Source: Bosea sp. (in: a-proteobacteria)
GTDB lineage: Bacteria; Pseudomonadota; Alphaproteobacteria; Rhizobiales; Beijerinckiaceae
Direction of reading: 5' to 3'
NCBI GenBank assembly: GCA_031373605.1
Contig: JANMMX010000011.1
Coordinates: forward strand, 1 to 47,376
Length of the DNA stretch: 47,376 bases
Of this stretch, positions 30,017 through 40,882 are shown one piece after another. The translations under genes were made by a program, and so were the position numbers. Under the pieces are notes generated by a model. It searched no databases and was not told where the DNA came from. It worked only from the letters and a program-made list of their open reading frames with translations. Every line of letters starts with the position of its first letter. Position 1 is the stretch's first letter.

Positions 30017-30391
30017 ATGAGTGACCATCATGGAACACCCCCGTCACCCTTCGCCACCGGCATTGCCGGGCGCTGCCCACGCTGTGGCGAAGGCAAGCTG
30101 TTTGATGGCTATCTCAAGGTGCGGCCAAAATGCGCAGCCTGCGGGCTCGACTTCAGTTTCGCCGATTCGGCAGACGGGCCGGCCGTCTTCATCATGCTGA
30201 TTGCGGGCTTCGGTGTGCTGGGCTCGGCACTGGCGGTCGAGATCGCCTATGAGCCGCCGATCTGGGTGCATCTTTCGCTCTGGTTGCCCCTGGCGACCAT
30301 CACCTGCCTTGCCCTGCTGCGTCCGATGAAGGGCATCGCGATTGCGCTGCAATTTGCCAATGGGGCCGAAGAGGGGCGTTTGAAGAAATGA
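30017..30391 (+). CDS. DUF983 family protein
   Basis: CPRCGEG.LF...CAACG...DSADGPA, two TM helices. Confidence 0.88.
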   Translation: MSDHHGTPPSPFATGIAGRCPRCGEGKLFDGYLKVRPKCAACGLDFSFADSADGPAVFIMLIAGFGVLGSALAVEIAYEPPIWVHLSLWLPLATITCLALLRPMKGIAIALQFANGAEEGRLKK

Positions 30392-31146
30392 CCGAAGTCA
30401 GCACCTTGCGTCGGTCTGGTCTTTTCTGGCCAACCCTCCTCACGGTTGTCGGCACTGCCGTGCTTTGCGTGCTGGGTTTCTGGCAGCTGCAGCGCATGGA
30501 AGAGAAGCGCATTTTCATCGAACGCCTGCAGGCGCAGGCGCTTTCGGCACCAGCCGACATGCCGGCAGCATCCACATGGTCCACGCTCGACCCACGACAG
30601 CTTGACCTGCAGCATGTGAGGGCCAGCGGCACCTATATCGATGGCGCATCCGCCACAGTCCGCACCACGATTGCCGGCGGGCCACCGGGCTCGCGCCAGC
30701 TCTCGGGCTTTGGCCGCTGGGTCTTCCAGGGTTTCAGGCTGGACGATGGCGGCTTGGTGCTGGTGAATCGTGGTTTTGTACCCGAATCGCGTGTCTCTGC
30801 CATTGTGCCTGCCAGCGGGCGGGCCGAGATCACCGGCTATCTGCGTGCACCCGAAGGCCGCAACAGCTTCACCCCGGCGGACATTCCCGCCAAGCGCGAT
30901 TTCTTCACGCGCGACCCGGTAGCGATTGCGTCAGCGGTGGGAATTGCGCCCACCCCTTTCTATTTCGAGGCCGCGCAGACGGGCGATGGCCTGACACCGC
31001 CTGCCGGTTTGAACGTGCGCGAGCTGATCGGCCGCATTCCAGATAACCACCTGCAATATGCGCTGACATGGTTTGGTCTGGCGCTGACGCTGCTGGGTGT
31101 CTTTGCCGCCTATGCCTGGGGTGCCCGGCGCGAGGGGCGGGGGTGA
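30388..31146 (+). CDS. SURF1/Shy1 family oxidase assembly protein
   Basis: LGFWQLQR..EK, LVNRGFVP, NHLQYALTWFGL. Confidence 0.92.
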   Translation: MTEVSTLRRSGLFWPTLLTVVGTAVLCVLGFWQLQRMEEKRIFIERLQAQALSAPADMPAASTWSTLDPRQLDLQHVRASGTYIDGASATVRTTIAGGPPGSRQLSGFGRWVFQGFRLDDGGLVLVNRGFVPESRVSAIVPASGRAEITGYLRAPEGRNSFTPADIPAKRDFFTRDPVAIASAVGIAPTPFYFEAAQTGDGLTPPAGLNVRELIGRIPDNHLQYALTWFGLALTLLGVFAAYAWGARREGRG

Positions 31147-31227
31147 TTGCAAAAACTTGTCACCGGCACGCCAAGGGCGTAACCGTCGCGCGGGGATGAG
31201 CTTTGAACTTTCAGGTCGTGAGACGGC

Positions 31228-32643
31228 ATGCTGCACATATCTACCCGCGGGGAGGCGCCGGCGCTTTCCTTCTCCGATGCGCTTCTGGCGGGCCTTGCCC
31301 GTGATGGCGGGCTTTATGTGCCCGCGAGCTATCCGAAGCTGTCGCACGAGACCATCGCGGGCTTTGCCGGCAAGCCCTATGCGGATGTGGCGCGCAGCGT
31401 TCTCGGCGCGGTGACCGAGGGCGACATCGAGGCCAAGCCGCTTTCGGACATGATCGATGCTGCCTATGCCACATTTCGCCATCCGGCCGTGTGCCCGCTC
31501 ACGCAAATCGGCGACAACCTCTTCGTGCTCGAGCTGTTCCACGGGCCGACGCTGGCGTTCAAGGATGTCGCCATGCAGCTGCTCGGGCGGCTGATGGACC
31601 ATGTGCTGACGCTCCGTGGCGAGCGGGCCACCATCGTCGGCGCGACCTCGGGCGACACGGGTGGTGCCGCCATTGATGCCTTCAAGGGCCTGTCGCGCGT
31701 CGACATGTTCATCCTTTATCCGCATGGCCGCGTCTCGGATGTGCAGCGCCGCCAGATGACGACGGTGAATGCGCCCAATGTCCACGCGCTCGCCATCGAT
31801 GGCACGTTTGATGATTGCCAGAATCTCGTGAAGGCGATGTTCAATCATCATGCCTTCCGCGATGAGTTGCGCCTGTCGGGCGTCAACTCGATCAACTGGG
31901 CGCGGATTGCGGCGCAGATCGTCTATTACTTCACGGCGGCTGCCTCGCTCGGTGGCCCGCACCGGCCGGTTTCCTTCGCGGTGCCAACGGGCAATTTCGG
32001 CGACATTCTGGCGGGCTGGATCGCCAAGCAGATGGGCCTGCCGACGGGCCGTCTCGTCATTGGCACCAATGACAATGACATTCTGGCGCGCGCTCTCGAC
32101 ACCGGGCGCTATGTGATGAATGGCGTCAGCGCGACAACCTCTCCCTCGATGGACATCCAGATATCGTCGAATTTCGAGCGGCTGCTGTTTGAAGCCCATG
32201 GGCGTGACGCCACGGCCGTTCGTGGCATGATGGCTTCGCTCACCCAGTCCGGCGAATTCGGCATTGATACGGCGGCGCTGGCAAAAGTGCGCGGTGATTT
32301 CGATGCAGTCGCCGTCCAGCAGGCGGAGGTGGCGGATGAAATCCGCAATGTGCAGGCTGAGGCAGGCTACCTGCTGGACCCGCACACGGCCGTGGGCGTG
32401 GCTGCAGCCCGCAAGGGTCTGAAAGCGGATCCGGGCACTCCCATGGTGGTGCTGGGCACGGCCCATCCCGCCAAGTTCCCTGATGCGGTGCGCGCGGCGT
32501 CCGGCATCACGCCAGCGCTGCCGGTGCATCTGGCTGATCTGATGGAACGGCGCGAAGCCATGACCCGGTTGCCGAATGATCTGGCCGCCATTGAAAGTTT
32601 CGTGCGCCAGAACGCACGCGCCGTGCGCGGGGTGGCGGCATGA
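31228..32643 (+). CDS. thrC: Threonine synthase
   Basis: STRG, GLARDGGLYVP, ELFHGPTLAFKD, ATSGDTG, NSINWAR, PTGNFG. Confidence 0.97.
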   Translation: MLHISTRGEAPALSFSDALLAGLARDGGLYVPASYPKLSHETIAGFAGKPYADVARSVLGAVTEGDIEAKPLSDMIDAAYATFRHPAVCPLTQIGDNLFVLELFHGPTLAFKDVAMQLLGRLMDHVLTLRGERATIVGATSGDTGGAAIDAFKGLSRVDMFILYPHGRVSDVQRRQMTTVNAPNVHALAIDGTFDDCQNLVKAMFNHHAFRDELRLSGVNSINWARIAAQIVYYFTAAASLGGPHRPVSFAVPTGNFGDILAGWIAKQMGLPTGRLVIGTNDNDILARALDTGRYVMNGVSATTSPSMDIQISSNFERLLFEAHGRDATAVRGMMASLTQSGEFGIDTAALAKVRGDFDAVAVQQAEVADEIRNVQAEAGYLLDPHTAVGVAAARKGLKADPGTPMVVLGTAHPAKFPDAVRAASGITPALPVHLADLMERREAMTRLPNDLAAIESFVRQNARAVRGVAA

Positions 32644-33998
32644 GCCCGGTGACACCGAAGATCAAGCCGGCACCGGCCAAAACCGTGACGGCAAAGCCCG
32701 CACTGGGCAAGCCGCCGACAACTGGTGAGAACGGCGTGCGCGTCACCACGCTCACTTCTGGTCTCCGCATCGTTTCGGAGACGATGAGCCATGCATCGAC
32801 CGTGTCGCTCGGCATCTGGATCGGTGCAGGCTCCCGCGACGAGCAGAAGAAGGAGCATGGCATTGCGCATCTGCTCGAGCACATGGCCTTCAAGGGCACG
32901 CAGCGCCGCTCGGCCCGCCAGATCGCCGAAGAGATCGAGAATGTCGGTGGCGATCTCAACGCTGCCACCAGCGTGGAATACACCTGCTACACGGCCCGCG
33001 TGCTGGGAAGTGACCTGCCACTGGCGGTGGACATCCTGGCTGACATCCTGACTTCCCCCGCCTTGGCGGAAGATGAGCTGGAGCGCGAGAAGGGCGTTAT
33101 CCTGCAGGAGATCAGCGCCGTCGAAGATACGCCGGACGATCTGGTCTATGACCTGTTTCTGGACGCGGCCTTTCCAGCACAGCCGCTTGGCCGCCCGATC
33201 CTCGGCACGGCCAAGACGGTGCAGAGTTTCACGCCCAAGGCGATCCGCGCCTATCTGGACCGGCATTATCGGGCTGGCAACATGGTGCTGGCCGCAGCTG
33301 GTGCCGTCGATCACGATGCACTGGTGGCGCTTGCCGAGACCCATCTGGGACAGCTGCCCTCGGGCGAGCGCGTCGCGCACGAGACGCCCGCGCAGTATCG
33401 CGGCGGTGAGGCGCGCCGGATGGATGACCATGAGCAGGTGCATCTGGTCTTCGGTTTTCCGGGCCAGTCCTTTGCCAAGGGGGCGCATTACCCGCTGCAG
33501 ATGTTTGCCGCGATCCTGGGCGGTGGCCTGTCCTCACGCCTCTTCCAGGAGGTGCGCGAGCAGCGTGGTCTGGCCTATGCCATCGATGCCTTTCACTGGC
33601 CCTTCTCCGATTGTGGCATCTTTGGCGTCAGCGCGGGCACGGCCCCGCATGATGTGGCGGAGCTGACCAATGTCGTGCTCGACTGCCTGCGCCGTGCGGC
33701 GACCGATGTGACCGAGATCGAGTTGGCCCGTGCGCGCGCGCAGATGAAAGTTGGGCTGCTGGCTTCGCAGGAAGCGCCTGGCGGTCGCGTCGAGCAGATG
33801 GCGCGGCAGGTGCTGTTGTTTGGCCGCGTGCTGGGCCGCGATGAGATCGTGGCGCGGCTCGATGGCGTTGCTCTGGCCGATGTGCGCGCTGCTGGCCTGT
33901 CGCTTCTGGGCGAAGTGCCGACAATTGCCGCTATCGGGCCGATTGATCTGATGCCGACGCGCGCCCAACTCGTCAACCGTCGCTCCAGGGCGCATTGA
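32640..33998 (+). CDS. M16 (pitrilysin/MPP-like) zinc peptidase
   Basis: GSRDE, HLLEHMAFKGT (HXXEH), SSRLFQEVREQRGLAY. Confidence 0.93.
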   Translation: MSPVTPKIKPAPAKTVTAKPALGKPPTTGENGVRVTTLTSGLRIVSETMSHASTVSLGIWIGAGSRDEQKKEHGIAHLLEHMAFKGTQRRSARQIAEEIENVGGDLNAATSVEYTCYTARVLGSDLPLAVDILADILTSPALAEDELEREKGVILQEISAVEDTPDDLVYDLFLDAAFPAQPLGRPILGTAKTVQSFTPKAIRAYLDRHYRAGNMVLAAAGAVDHDALVALAETHLGQLPSGERVAHETPAQYRGGEARRMDDHEQVHLVFGFPGQSFAKGAHYPLQMFAAILGGGLSSRLFQEVREQRGLAYAIDAFHWPFSDCGIFGVSAGTAPHDVAELTNVVLDCLRRAATDVTEIELARARAQMKVGLLASQEAPGGRVEQMARQVLLFGRVLGRDEIVARLDGVALADVRAAGLSLLGEVPTIAAIGPIDLMPTRAQLVNRRSRAH

Positions 33999-34007
33999 GG
34001 CTTCGCG

Positions 34008-34610
34008 ATGGCGCTGTTCCGCTTCGCTGCCGAACTGCCCATCCGGCCTGTGCTGCGCACGGGCAACCTCACGCTACGCCCGCCGCACCCTGAGGATTTC
34101 GATCAGTGGCTTGCGCTGCGGCAGAGGAGCCGTGATTTCCTGACACCCTGGGAGCCGGAATGGAGCGACGCGGACCTGACCCGCGCCAGCTTTCGCCATC
34201 GCGCCAAACGGGCACAGCGCGAGATCGCCAATGACGAGGCCTATCCGCTGTTCATCTTCGGTCAGGAGGGACAGGTTCTGATTGGCGGTATCACGCTGGG
34301 TCTTGTTCGCCGTGGTGTCGCCCAGGCCGCCACAATGGGCTACTGGCTCGGTGTCTCGCATGGCGGGCAGGGGCACATGGGCCGCGCGGTGCAATGCGTG
34401 CTGGATCATGCCTTTGGCGAACTCGCCCTGCACCGTGTCGAGGCTGCCTGCCTGCCAGCCAATCTGCGCTCGGCGCGGTTGCTGGAGCGCGCCGGTTTCA
34501 GGAATGAGGGGCTGGCGCGGCGCTATCTCAAGATTGCCGGGCACTGGTCCGATCATCTGCTCTTCGCGATCCTGCGCGAGGATGCCCGGCCTGTGAATGA
34601 ACTGGTCTGA
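34008..34610 (+). CDS. rimJ: RimJ-like ribosomal-protein-alanine N-acetyltransferase
   Basis: [47 protein letters not shown]. Confidence 0.88.
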   Translation: MALFRFAAELPIRPVLRTGNLTLRPPHPEDFDQWLALRQRSRDFLTPWEPEWSDADLTRASFRHRAKRAQREIANDEAYPLFIFGQEGQVLIGGITLGLVRRGVAQAATMGYWLGVSHGGQGHMGRAVQCVLDHAFGELALHRVEAACLPANLRSARLLERAGFRNEGLARRYLKIAGHWSDHLLFAILREDARPVNELV

Positions 34611-37600
34611 TGCGCCTGCTTCTCCGGTCGGAACAGGCCTTGCAGGCCGTGAATGCAGCCTTGCCCTCGCCACGAGCCACCGATACGACAGGTGGTGTGA
34701 TCGGCGCCATGCCGAAAATTTTGAGGCTGAGCCTGCCCTTGCGCCCGATTTTGCTCCTGCTGCGTTTTTGCATCGTCCTTGCTGCGGTGCTGGCTGGCGG
34801 ACGGCTGGCCCTCGCGGTTGACGCCGTGCGCGTGCCCGTTGATGTGCCAGCGCTCGATCTGACGACCATTGTCGAGCGAAACCGCTCTGACGGCGACGTC
34901 ATCCAGATTTCGACCGCGCCAGGAGCTGACGGGATTGTGCGCCGCATTGCCGTGCGGGCGCGCGAATCGGGCGCGCGGCCCGACTGGATCGTGTTTGCGC
35001 TCACCAATGATTCCGAAGAGCAGATCGACCGGCTGCTGGTGGCGCCTTTTCACAGGCTGATTGGCTCCGGCGTCATCTGGCCGGATCTGGGCGAAAGCCG
35101 CATCGCTGCCGTCACCGCCAGCCAGGGCCTGCGTCCCGAGCGGGAAGACAGCCCTGATGCGGACATTTTCCTCATTACGCTTGATCCGGGTTCAACAGTC
35201 ACTTTCGTGGCCGAACTGCGCTCGCAGAACTTGCCGCAGCTCTATCTCTGGGAGCCCGATGCCTATCGCCAGAAGACCAACGGCCTGACCCTTTACAAGG
35301 GCATCATCATTGGAATTGCCGGGTTACTGGCGCTGTTCCTCACCATTGTTTTCGTGGTGAAGGGCGCGGTGATCTTTCCGGCTGCTGCTGCGCTGGCCTG
35401 GGCTGTGCTGGCCTATGCCGGGCTCGATTTCGGTTTCTTCCAGCGCATTTTTCCGCTGGCACCGGCTGCCGAGCGCATCTATCGCGCCGGTGCCGAGGTG
35501 GTGCTAGCAGGCACGTTGCTGGTGTTCCTGTTCGCCTATCTCAACCTTGCGCGCTGGCATGTGCGCTACAGCCACGTCACGCTGGTCTGGATGCTGGGCC
35601 TCGCCGGCCTGATTGGACTTGCCATTTTTGATGCGCCTATGGCGTCCGGCGTTGCGCGGATTTCGATTGCAGCCGTGGCGGCTGTCGGCTTCATCCTCAT
35701 CCTGCATCTGGCCAGTCACGGCTATGAGCGCGCGGTGATGCTGATCCCCACCTGGTTTCTGCTGGCTGTCTGGGTCACAGCTGGCAGCTTCACCGTCACC
35801 GGTCAGCTGACACGTGATCTTGTGCCAGCCGCGCTGGTGGGCGGGCTGGTGCTGATCGTGCTGCTGATCGGCTTTACCGTGATCCAGCATGCCTTTGCCG
35901 GTGGTGCGATGGCGCAGGGGCTGGTGTCCGACACCGAGCGCAAGGCGCTGGCGCTCTCTGGTTCTGGTGATCTGATCTTCGACTGGGATGTTGGTGGCGA
36001 CCGCATCTTCGTGTCGCAGGAGGTCGAGGCAGTGCTCGGTCTGCCGCGCGGCCAGCTGGAAGGTCCGGCCTCGCGCTGGCTTGATGTGATGCATGTCGCC
36101 GACCGCGACCGTTATCGCGTGGCGCTCGACTCGGTGCTCGAGCAGCGGCGCGGCAAGGTGCTGCTGGACTTCCGCCTGCGCTCCTCGGCTGGCGCCTATT
36201 ACTGGTTCAGCCTGAAGGCGCGCCCGGTCATCGGTTCCGATGGTGAGGTGATCCGCGTCATCGGAACGCTGGCCGATGTCACCGACACGCGCACCGCGCA
36301 GGACCGCATGCTGCATGACGCCGTGCACGACAATCTGACGGGCCTGCCCAACCGCCAGCTCTTCCAGGACAGGCTTGGCGCCGTGCTGGGCTTTGCCAAG
36401 GGCGATGACGGCATTCGCCCCACGGTGATGACCATCGACATTGACCGGTTCAAGCAGGTGAATGAGTCGGTCGGCTTCTCGGTGGGCGATTCCATCCTCC
36501 TGACGATCTCGCGGCGGCTGGCCCGGCTGCTGCGCCCGCAGGACACGCTGGCGCGTCTGGGTGCTGACACATTCGCGCTGGTTCTGGTCTCCGAACGCGA
36601 GCCCGAACGCGTGGTAGCGCTGGCCGAGCAGGTGCGCCGGGCCATTGCGACGCCGGTGACCTATTCCGAGCGCGAGATTTTTCTCACAGCCTCGATTGGC
36701 GTGGCGCTGTTTGACGGGGCGGCCAATTCGCGCCGCGAGGATGCGATCCGCAATGCCGAGCTCGCCATGGCCCATGCCAAGCGCCAGGGCGGCGACCGGG
36801 TCGAGGTGTTTCGCCCCGCCATGCGCACAGACCGCAATGACCGGCTGGCGCTTGAAAGTGACCTGCGCCGCGCGCTTGAGCGCAACGAGATCAAGGTGCT
36901 TTACCAGCCCATCGTCCGGTTGGAAGATCGCACCATTGCCGGGTTCGAGGCGCTGATGCGTTGGGACCATCCGCGCGAGGGGCGGCTTCTGCCGCAGGAC
37001 TTCATCAGCATTGCCGAGGAAACCGGGCTTATCGTCGATCTGGGTGTGTTTGTCATGGACCGCACGGCACGCGAGCTTGCCGCCTGGCAGGCCGCGCTGG
37101 AAGTGCAGCCGCCGATCTTTGCCAGCGTCAATGTGTCGAGCCGCCAGCTGCTGCGCCATGATCTTTTGCACGATGTGAAGACGGTGCTTGGCCGCTCGCG
37201 CGTCCTGCCGGGCACGTTGAAGCTGGAGATCACCGAGAGCCTCGTGATGGAAAACCCGGAATATGCCGCGCAGATGCTGACCCGCATTCGCGAGTTGGGT
37301 GCAGGGCTCTCGCTCGATGATTTCGGCACCGGATATTCCTCGCTGTCCTATCTGCAGCGCTTTCCGTTCGACACGATCAAGGTCGATCAGAGTTTCGTGC
37401 GCCAGCTCGGGCAGGGCAAGCAGCCGCTGATCCTGCGCTCCATCGTGTCGCTGGCCAGCGACCTGCAAATGGACGTCGTGGCCGAGGGCGCCGAGTCAGA
37501 ATCTGACGCGATCGAGCTTTACCAGATGGGCTGCCAGTATGCGCAGGGCTTTGCCTTTGGTCGCCCGATGACGGCGGCAGAGGCGCGCAAGCTTGTTGGC

Positions 37601-37627
37601 GCGGCTGTGACGACCGAAGCTGCGTGA
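34610..37627 (+). CDS. Membrane sensor c-di-GMP phosphodiesterase (periplasmic domain-7TM-PAS-degenerate GGDEF-EAL)
   Basis: About 7 TM helices, PAS (HVADRDRY), [30 protein letters not shown]; alternative start ATG 34709. Confidence 0.9.
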   Translation: MRLLLRSEQALQAVNAALPSPRATDTTGGVIGAMPKILRLSLPLRPILLLLRFCIVLAAVLAGGRLALAVDAVRVPVDVPALDLTTIVERNRSDGDVIQISTAPGADGIVRRIAVRARESGARPDWIVFALTNDSEEQIDRLLVAPFHRLIGSGVIWPDLGESRIAAVTASQGLRPEREDSPDADIFLITLDPGSTVTFVAELRSQNLPQLYLWEPDAYRQKTNGLTLYKGIIIGIAGLLALFLTIVFVVKGAVIFPAAAALAWAVLAYAGLDFGFFQRIFPLAPAAERIYRAGAEVVLAGTLLVFLFAYLNLARWHVRYSHVTLVWMLGLAGLIGLAIFDAPMASGVARISIAAVAAVGFILILHLASHGYERAVMLIPTWFLLAVWVTAGSFTVTGQLTRDLVPAALVGGLVLIVLLIGFTVIQHAFAGGAMAQGLVSDTERKALALSGSGDLIFDWDVGGDRIFVSQEVEAVLGLPRGQLEGPASRWLDVMHVADRDRYRVALDSVLEQRRGKVLLDFRLRSSAGAYYWFSLKARPVIGSDGEVIRVIGTLADVTDTRTAQDRMLHDAVHDNLTGLPNRQLFQDRLGAVLGFAKGDDGIRPTVMTIDIDRFKQVNESVGFSVGDSILLTISRRLARLLRPQDTLARLGADTFALVLVSEREPERVVALAEQVRRAIATPVTYSEREIFLTASIGVALFDGAANSRREDAIRNAELAMAHAKRQGGDRVEVFRPAMRTDRNDRLALESDLRRALERNEIKVLYQPIVRLEDRTIAGFEALMRWDHPREGRLLPQDFISIAEETGLIVDLGVFVMDRTARELAAWQAALEVQPPIFASVNVSSRQLLRHDLLHDVKTVLGRSRVLPGTLKLEITESLVMENPEYAAQMLTRIRELGAGLSLDDFGTGYSSLSYLQRFPFDTIKVDQSFVRQLGQGKQPLILRSIVSLASDLQMDVVAEGAESESDAIELYQMGCQYAQGFAFGRPMTAAEARKLVGAAVTTEAA

Positions 37628-37637
37628 GCGTCCCGGC

Positions 37638-38249
37638 TCAGGCGTGGCCGGCGGCTGTCGATAAAAAGCCCGGATCAATCCCGATCTTGCGCAGGGCGCG
37701 CTCGTATTTGGCCTCCAGCGCCGATCCAAACAGCAGATCGGGATCGGACGGGCAATGCAGCCAGCCGTTGGACTGGATCTCGGCTTCCAGCTGCCCTGCG
37801 GCCCACCCGGCATAGCCCAGTGCCAGAACGGCATTCTCCGGCCCGCTGCCAATGGCAATGGCGCGCAGGATGTCGAGCGTCGCCGTCAGGCAGATGCCGT
37901 CCTCAATGGGCAGCGTTGACTGCTCCAGGAAGAAGTCCGGCGTGTGGAGCACGAAGCCGCGACCGGTCTCCACCGGGCCACCCTTAAGCACCTTCATTTC
38001 CCCAGCCTGTTTCGGCAACTGGATGATGTCGCCTTCGGGGATGATATCCAGCTGCACCAGCAGATCGGGGAAGCTCAGATCGCGGGCACGCTTGTTGATG
38101 ATGATGCCCATCGCGCCTTCTTCGGAATGGGCGCAGAGATAGACCACCGTGCGGGCAAAGCGCTGGTCATCCATCGACGGCATCGCCACGAGGCATTGCC
38201 CGTCAAGGTAACTTCTGCCGCTGATGCGGCGGTTTGCGCCAATCTTCAT
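37638..38249 (-). CDS. YqgE/AlgH (UPF0301) family protein
   Basis: [45 protein letters not shown]. Confidence 0.93.
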   Translation of the reverse strand: MKIGANRRISGRSYLDGQCLVAMPSMDDQRFARTVVYLCAHSEEGAMGIIINKRARDLSFPDLLVQLDIIPEGDIIQLPKQAGEMKVLKGGPVETGRGFVLHTPDFFLEQSTLPIEDGICLTATLDILRAIAIGSGPENAVLALGYAGWAAGQLEAEIQSNGWLHCPSDPDLLFGSALEAKYERALRKIGIDPGFLSTAAGHA

Positions 38250-38411
38250 TCAGCCATGCTAGGACGGGAAATCGAAGAAGGGAACAGGCTGTTTTGCCGC
38301 GCGCGCAAGCCATGCGGATTCACAAGTGAATCCGGCTTCACGGGCTCGTCAGCAGGCGTGAGGCAATCGTGCCTCGTCTTTGCGCTTCGCAATTGCTAGA
38401 TTGAGTGCCTG

Positions 38412-39275
38412 ATGATGCGCTTCCCTGCCTTCCTGTCCGGCGTTCTTGCTGTTGCTCTTCTGGCTTGCGTCCGGGTCGCTGTTGCCGATGCGCCGACGGG
38501 TGCTTCCGGGTGGGGCAATGGCAGCCATTCCGGCATCCGTCTCCTGTCAGGCGGGGGGGCACGCGGCCAGGTGCAACTGGCCGGCATCGAGATGCGCCTC
38601 AATCCGGGCTACAAGACCTATTGGCGCACGCCGGGCGACTCTGGCGTTCCTCCGGTGTTCGACTGGTCGCGCTCGCAGAACCTCGGCAGCGTCACTGTGC
38701 TCTGGCCGGTGCCCGAGCGCTTTTCTGATGGGGCGGGATCATCGATCGGATATCGCGGAGAGGTCGTGTTTCCGGTGCATGTCATGGCGGCCGATCCGAA
38801 GAAGCCGGTGATTCTGGCGCTGAAACTGGATTATGCCGTTTGCGACCAGATATGCATCCCGGCCCGTGGCGAGGCAGAGCTCAGGCTTGACCCGCCAGTC
38901 ACCGCACAAACGCAACGGCTGGCTGCCTTTGAGGCGCGTGTGCCGCTCGATGCCTCGCTGGGCGAGGCGGCTGATCGTCTTGCTGTTGCTGGCATCAAGA
39001 CGGCTCTCGTCGAAAAAGAGCAGGTCTTGCGCTTCAACGTGGCGGTCCCCGCTGGTGGCTTTGTCACGGATGCTTTTGTTGAAGGGCCTGATTTGTGGAT
39101 GTTCGGCGCCGCCCGCATGTCATTGGCTGGCCCGCAGATGATGGCCATCGAAATCCCCATCACGGACAGCCCGAAGAACCACCAGGGCGCGACACCTCTG
39201 ATCGTGACGGTTGCGGGCAGCCCGCGTGCTGTCGAGATAAGGATCGATCTCGACATCCCGGCCGTCACGCCTTAA
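38412..39275 (+). CDS. Secreted DsbD N-terminal-domain protein
   Basis: Signal peptide, KTYWRTPGDSGVPP, YAVCDQICIP. Confidence 0.85.
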   Translation: MMRFPAFLSGVLAVALLACVRVAVADAPTGASGWGNGSHSGIRLLSGGGARGQVQLAGIEMRLNPGYKTYWRTPGDSGVPPVFDWSRSQNLGSVTVLWPVPERFSDGAGSSIGYRGEVVFPVHVMAADPKKPVILALKLDYAVCDQICIPARGEAELRLDPPVTAQTQRLAAFEARVPLDASLGEAADRLAVAGIKTALVEKEQVLRFNVAVPAGGFVTDAFVEGPDLWMFGAARMSLAGPQMMAIEIPITDSPKNHQGATPLIVTVAGSPRAVEIRIDLDIPAVTP

Positions 39276-39338
39276 CTGCTGTCAGGCGTCGCTGCATCGC
39301 ATGCGGCCATTCCCCATTTCAGCGGAGAGACCAGGCAT

Positions 39339-39824
39339 ATGACAATCAAGATTGGCGACCATCTCCCCCAGTCGACGTTCCGGGTCATGACGGACGAGGG
39401 CCCGCAGGCAAAAACCACCGAGGACCTGTTCAAGGGTCGCAAGGTGGTGCTTTTTGCTGTTCCCGGCGCGTTCACGCCGACATGCCACAAGAATCACCTG
39501 CCGGGCTTCCTTGCGCACGCGGACGAGATCAAGGCCAAGGGCGTTGATGCCATTGCCGTCACCGCAACCAATGATGTCTTCGTCATGAATGCCTGGGCCA
39601 AGGATACCGGCGCGGCGGGCACAATCGAGTTCCTCTCGGATGGCAATGCCGATTTCGCCAAGGCGATTGGCCTGTCGCTCGATGGTACGGGCTTTGGTCT
39701 GGGCACGCGCACCCAGCGCTATTCGATGATTGTCGACAATGGCGTTGTGACGTCGCTGGCTGTCGAGGACGCGCCGGGCAAGGCCGATCTTTCCGGCGCC
39801 GAGGCTCTGCTCAAGCTGCTCTGA
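39339..39824 (+). CDS. Peroxiredoxin (PRX5-like)
   Basis: VPGAFTPTC...HLPG, NDVFVM.AW, DGN, RYSM. Confidence 0.94.
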   Translation: MTIKIGDHLPQSTFRVMTDEGPQAKTTEDLFKGRKVVLFAVPGAFTPTCHKNHLPGFLAHADEIKAKGVDAIAVTATNDVFVMNAWAKDTGAAGTIEFLSDGNADFAKAIGLSLDGTGFGLGTRTQRYSMIVDNGVVTSLAVEDAPGKADLSGAEALLKLL

Positions 39825-39849
39825 CCCGGCCCCTCGTCGGCTTTTTGAA

Positions 39850-39881
39850 GGCCACGCCGAAGGGCGTGGCCATTTTATTTT
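39850..39881 (+). terminator. Intrinsic terminator after peroxiredoxin
   Basis: GGCCACGCC-GAAG-GGCGTGGCC-ATTTTATTTT. Confidence 0.8.
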
Positions 39882-39965
39882 AGACAGTCATGGAAACCAT
39901 GACGAGAAGTGGGATGACGTGCGCAAAACCGCGTGTCACGTCTTTTCCCAACAAGGAGAGCGCCC

Positions 39966-40427
39966 ATGTCCGACATTATCATCCGTCCGCTGACAAGCGA
40001 TGACATGGAGGCCTGGGAGCCGCTGTGGCAGGGCTATCTGACCTTCTACAAGGCGTCACTTCCGGCCTTCGTGACGCGTCTGACCTTCAGCCGCCTGACA
40101 GGTGGCAAGGAGCCGATGGGTGGCTTTGTCGCCGAGCGAGATGGTCAATTGATCGGCATTGTCCATTGGGTGATGCACCGCACCTGCTGGTCAGCCAAGG
40201 ACATCTGCTATCTGCAGGATTTGTTCGTGGACCCTGCCATTCGTGGCGGCGGTGTGGGCCGCAAGCTGATCGATGCGGTCTATCAGATGGCCAGCGAGAA
40301 AGACTGCTTCCGTGTCTACTGGCAGACCCATGAAAGCAACACGCAGGCGATGGAGCTTTACAACAAGGTCGCGCAGCACTCGGGCTTCGTCGTCTACCGC
40401 CAGCCGATCCCGGCGCCTGAGGCCTGA
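39966..40427 (+). CDS. GNAT family N-acetyltransferase
   Basis: W..LWQGYL.FY, YLQDLFVDP..RGGGVGRKLI, VYWQTHESN; AAGGAG RBS. Confidence 0.9.
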   Translation: MSDIIIRPLTSDDMEAWEPLWQGYLTFYKASLPAFVTRLTFSRLTGGKEPMGGFVAERDGQLIGIVHWVMHRTCWSAKDICYLQDLFVDPAIRGGGVGRKLIDAVYQMASEKDCFRVYWQTHESNTQAMELYNKVAQHSGFVVYRQPIPAPEA

Positions 40428-40435
40428 TATGCTGC

Positions 40436-40882
40436 TCAGCCACCCGGCTTGAACGGCGCCATGCCGGCGCGGGCCAGCTCGTCGGCGCGCTCGTTCATCG
40501 GGTTGCCGGCGTGGCCCTTCACCCAGTGCCACTCGACCTGATGTTGCGCCAGCGCCGCGTCCAGGCGCTTCCAGAGGTCTTCGTTCTTCACTGGCTTGCG
40601 GTCAGCTGTTTTCCAGCCATTGCGTTTCCAGCCGTGGATCCAGCTGGTGATGCCGCCCTTAACATACTGGCTGTCGGTGTTGAGCTTGATGGCGCAGGGC
40701 CGCGTCAGTGCTTCCAGCGCGGCAATCGCCGCCATCAGCTCCATGCGGTTGTTGGTGGTCAGTTTCTCGCCGCCGCTCAGGTCCTTCTCCTTGCCCTTGT
40801 AGACAAGGATTGCTCCCCAGCCGCCGGGGCCAGGATTGCCCGAACACGCGCCATCGGTCCAGATTTCGACCGCGTCGCTCAT
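40436..40882 (-). CDS. rnhA: Ribonuclease HI
   Basis: [41 protein letters not shown]. Confidence 0.98.
   Translation of the reverse strand: MSDAVEIWTDGACSGNPGPGGWGAILVYKGKEKDLSGGEKLTTNNRMELMAAIAALEALTRPCAIKLNTDSQYVKGGITSWIHGWKRNGWKTADRKPVKNEDLWKRLDAALAQHQVEWHWVKGHAGNPMNERADELARAGMAPFKPGG

Noticed and set aside
32640-32735. K/P/A/T-rich N-terminal extension of the M16 peptidase (KPAPAK/KPALGK)
   Set aside because: Short low-complexity linker; the true start could be a downstream GTG, and there is no further support.
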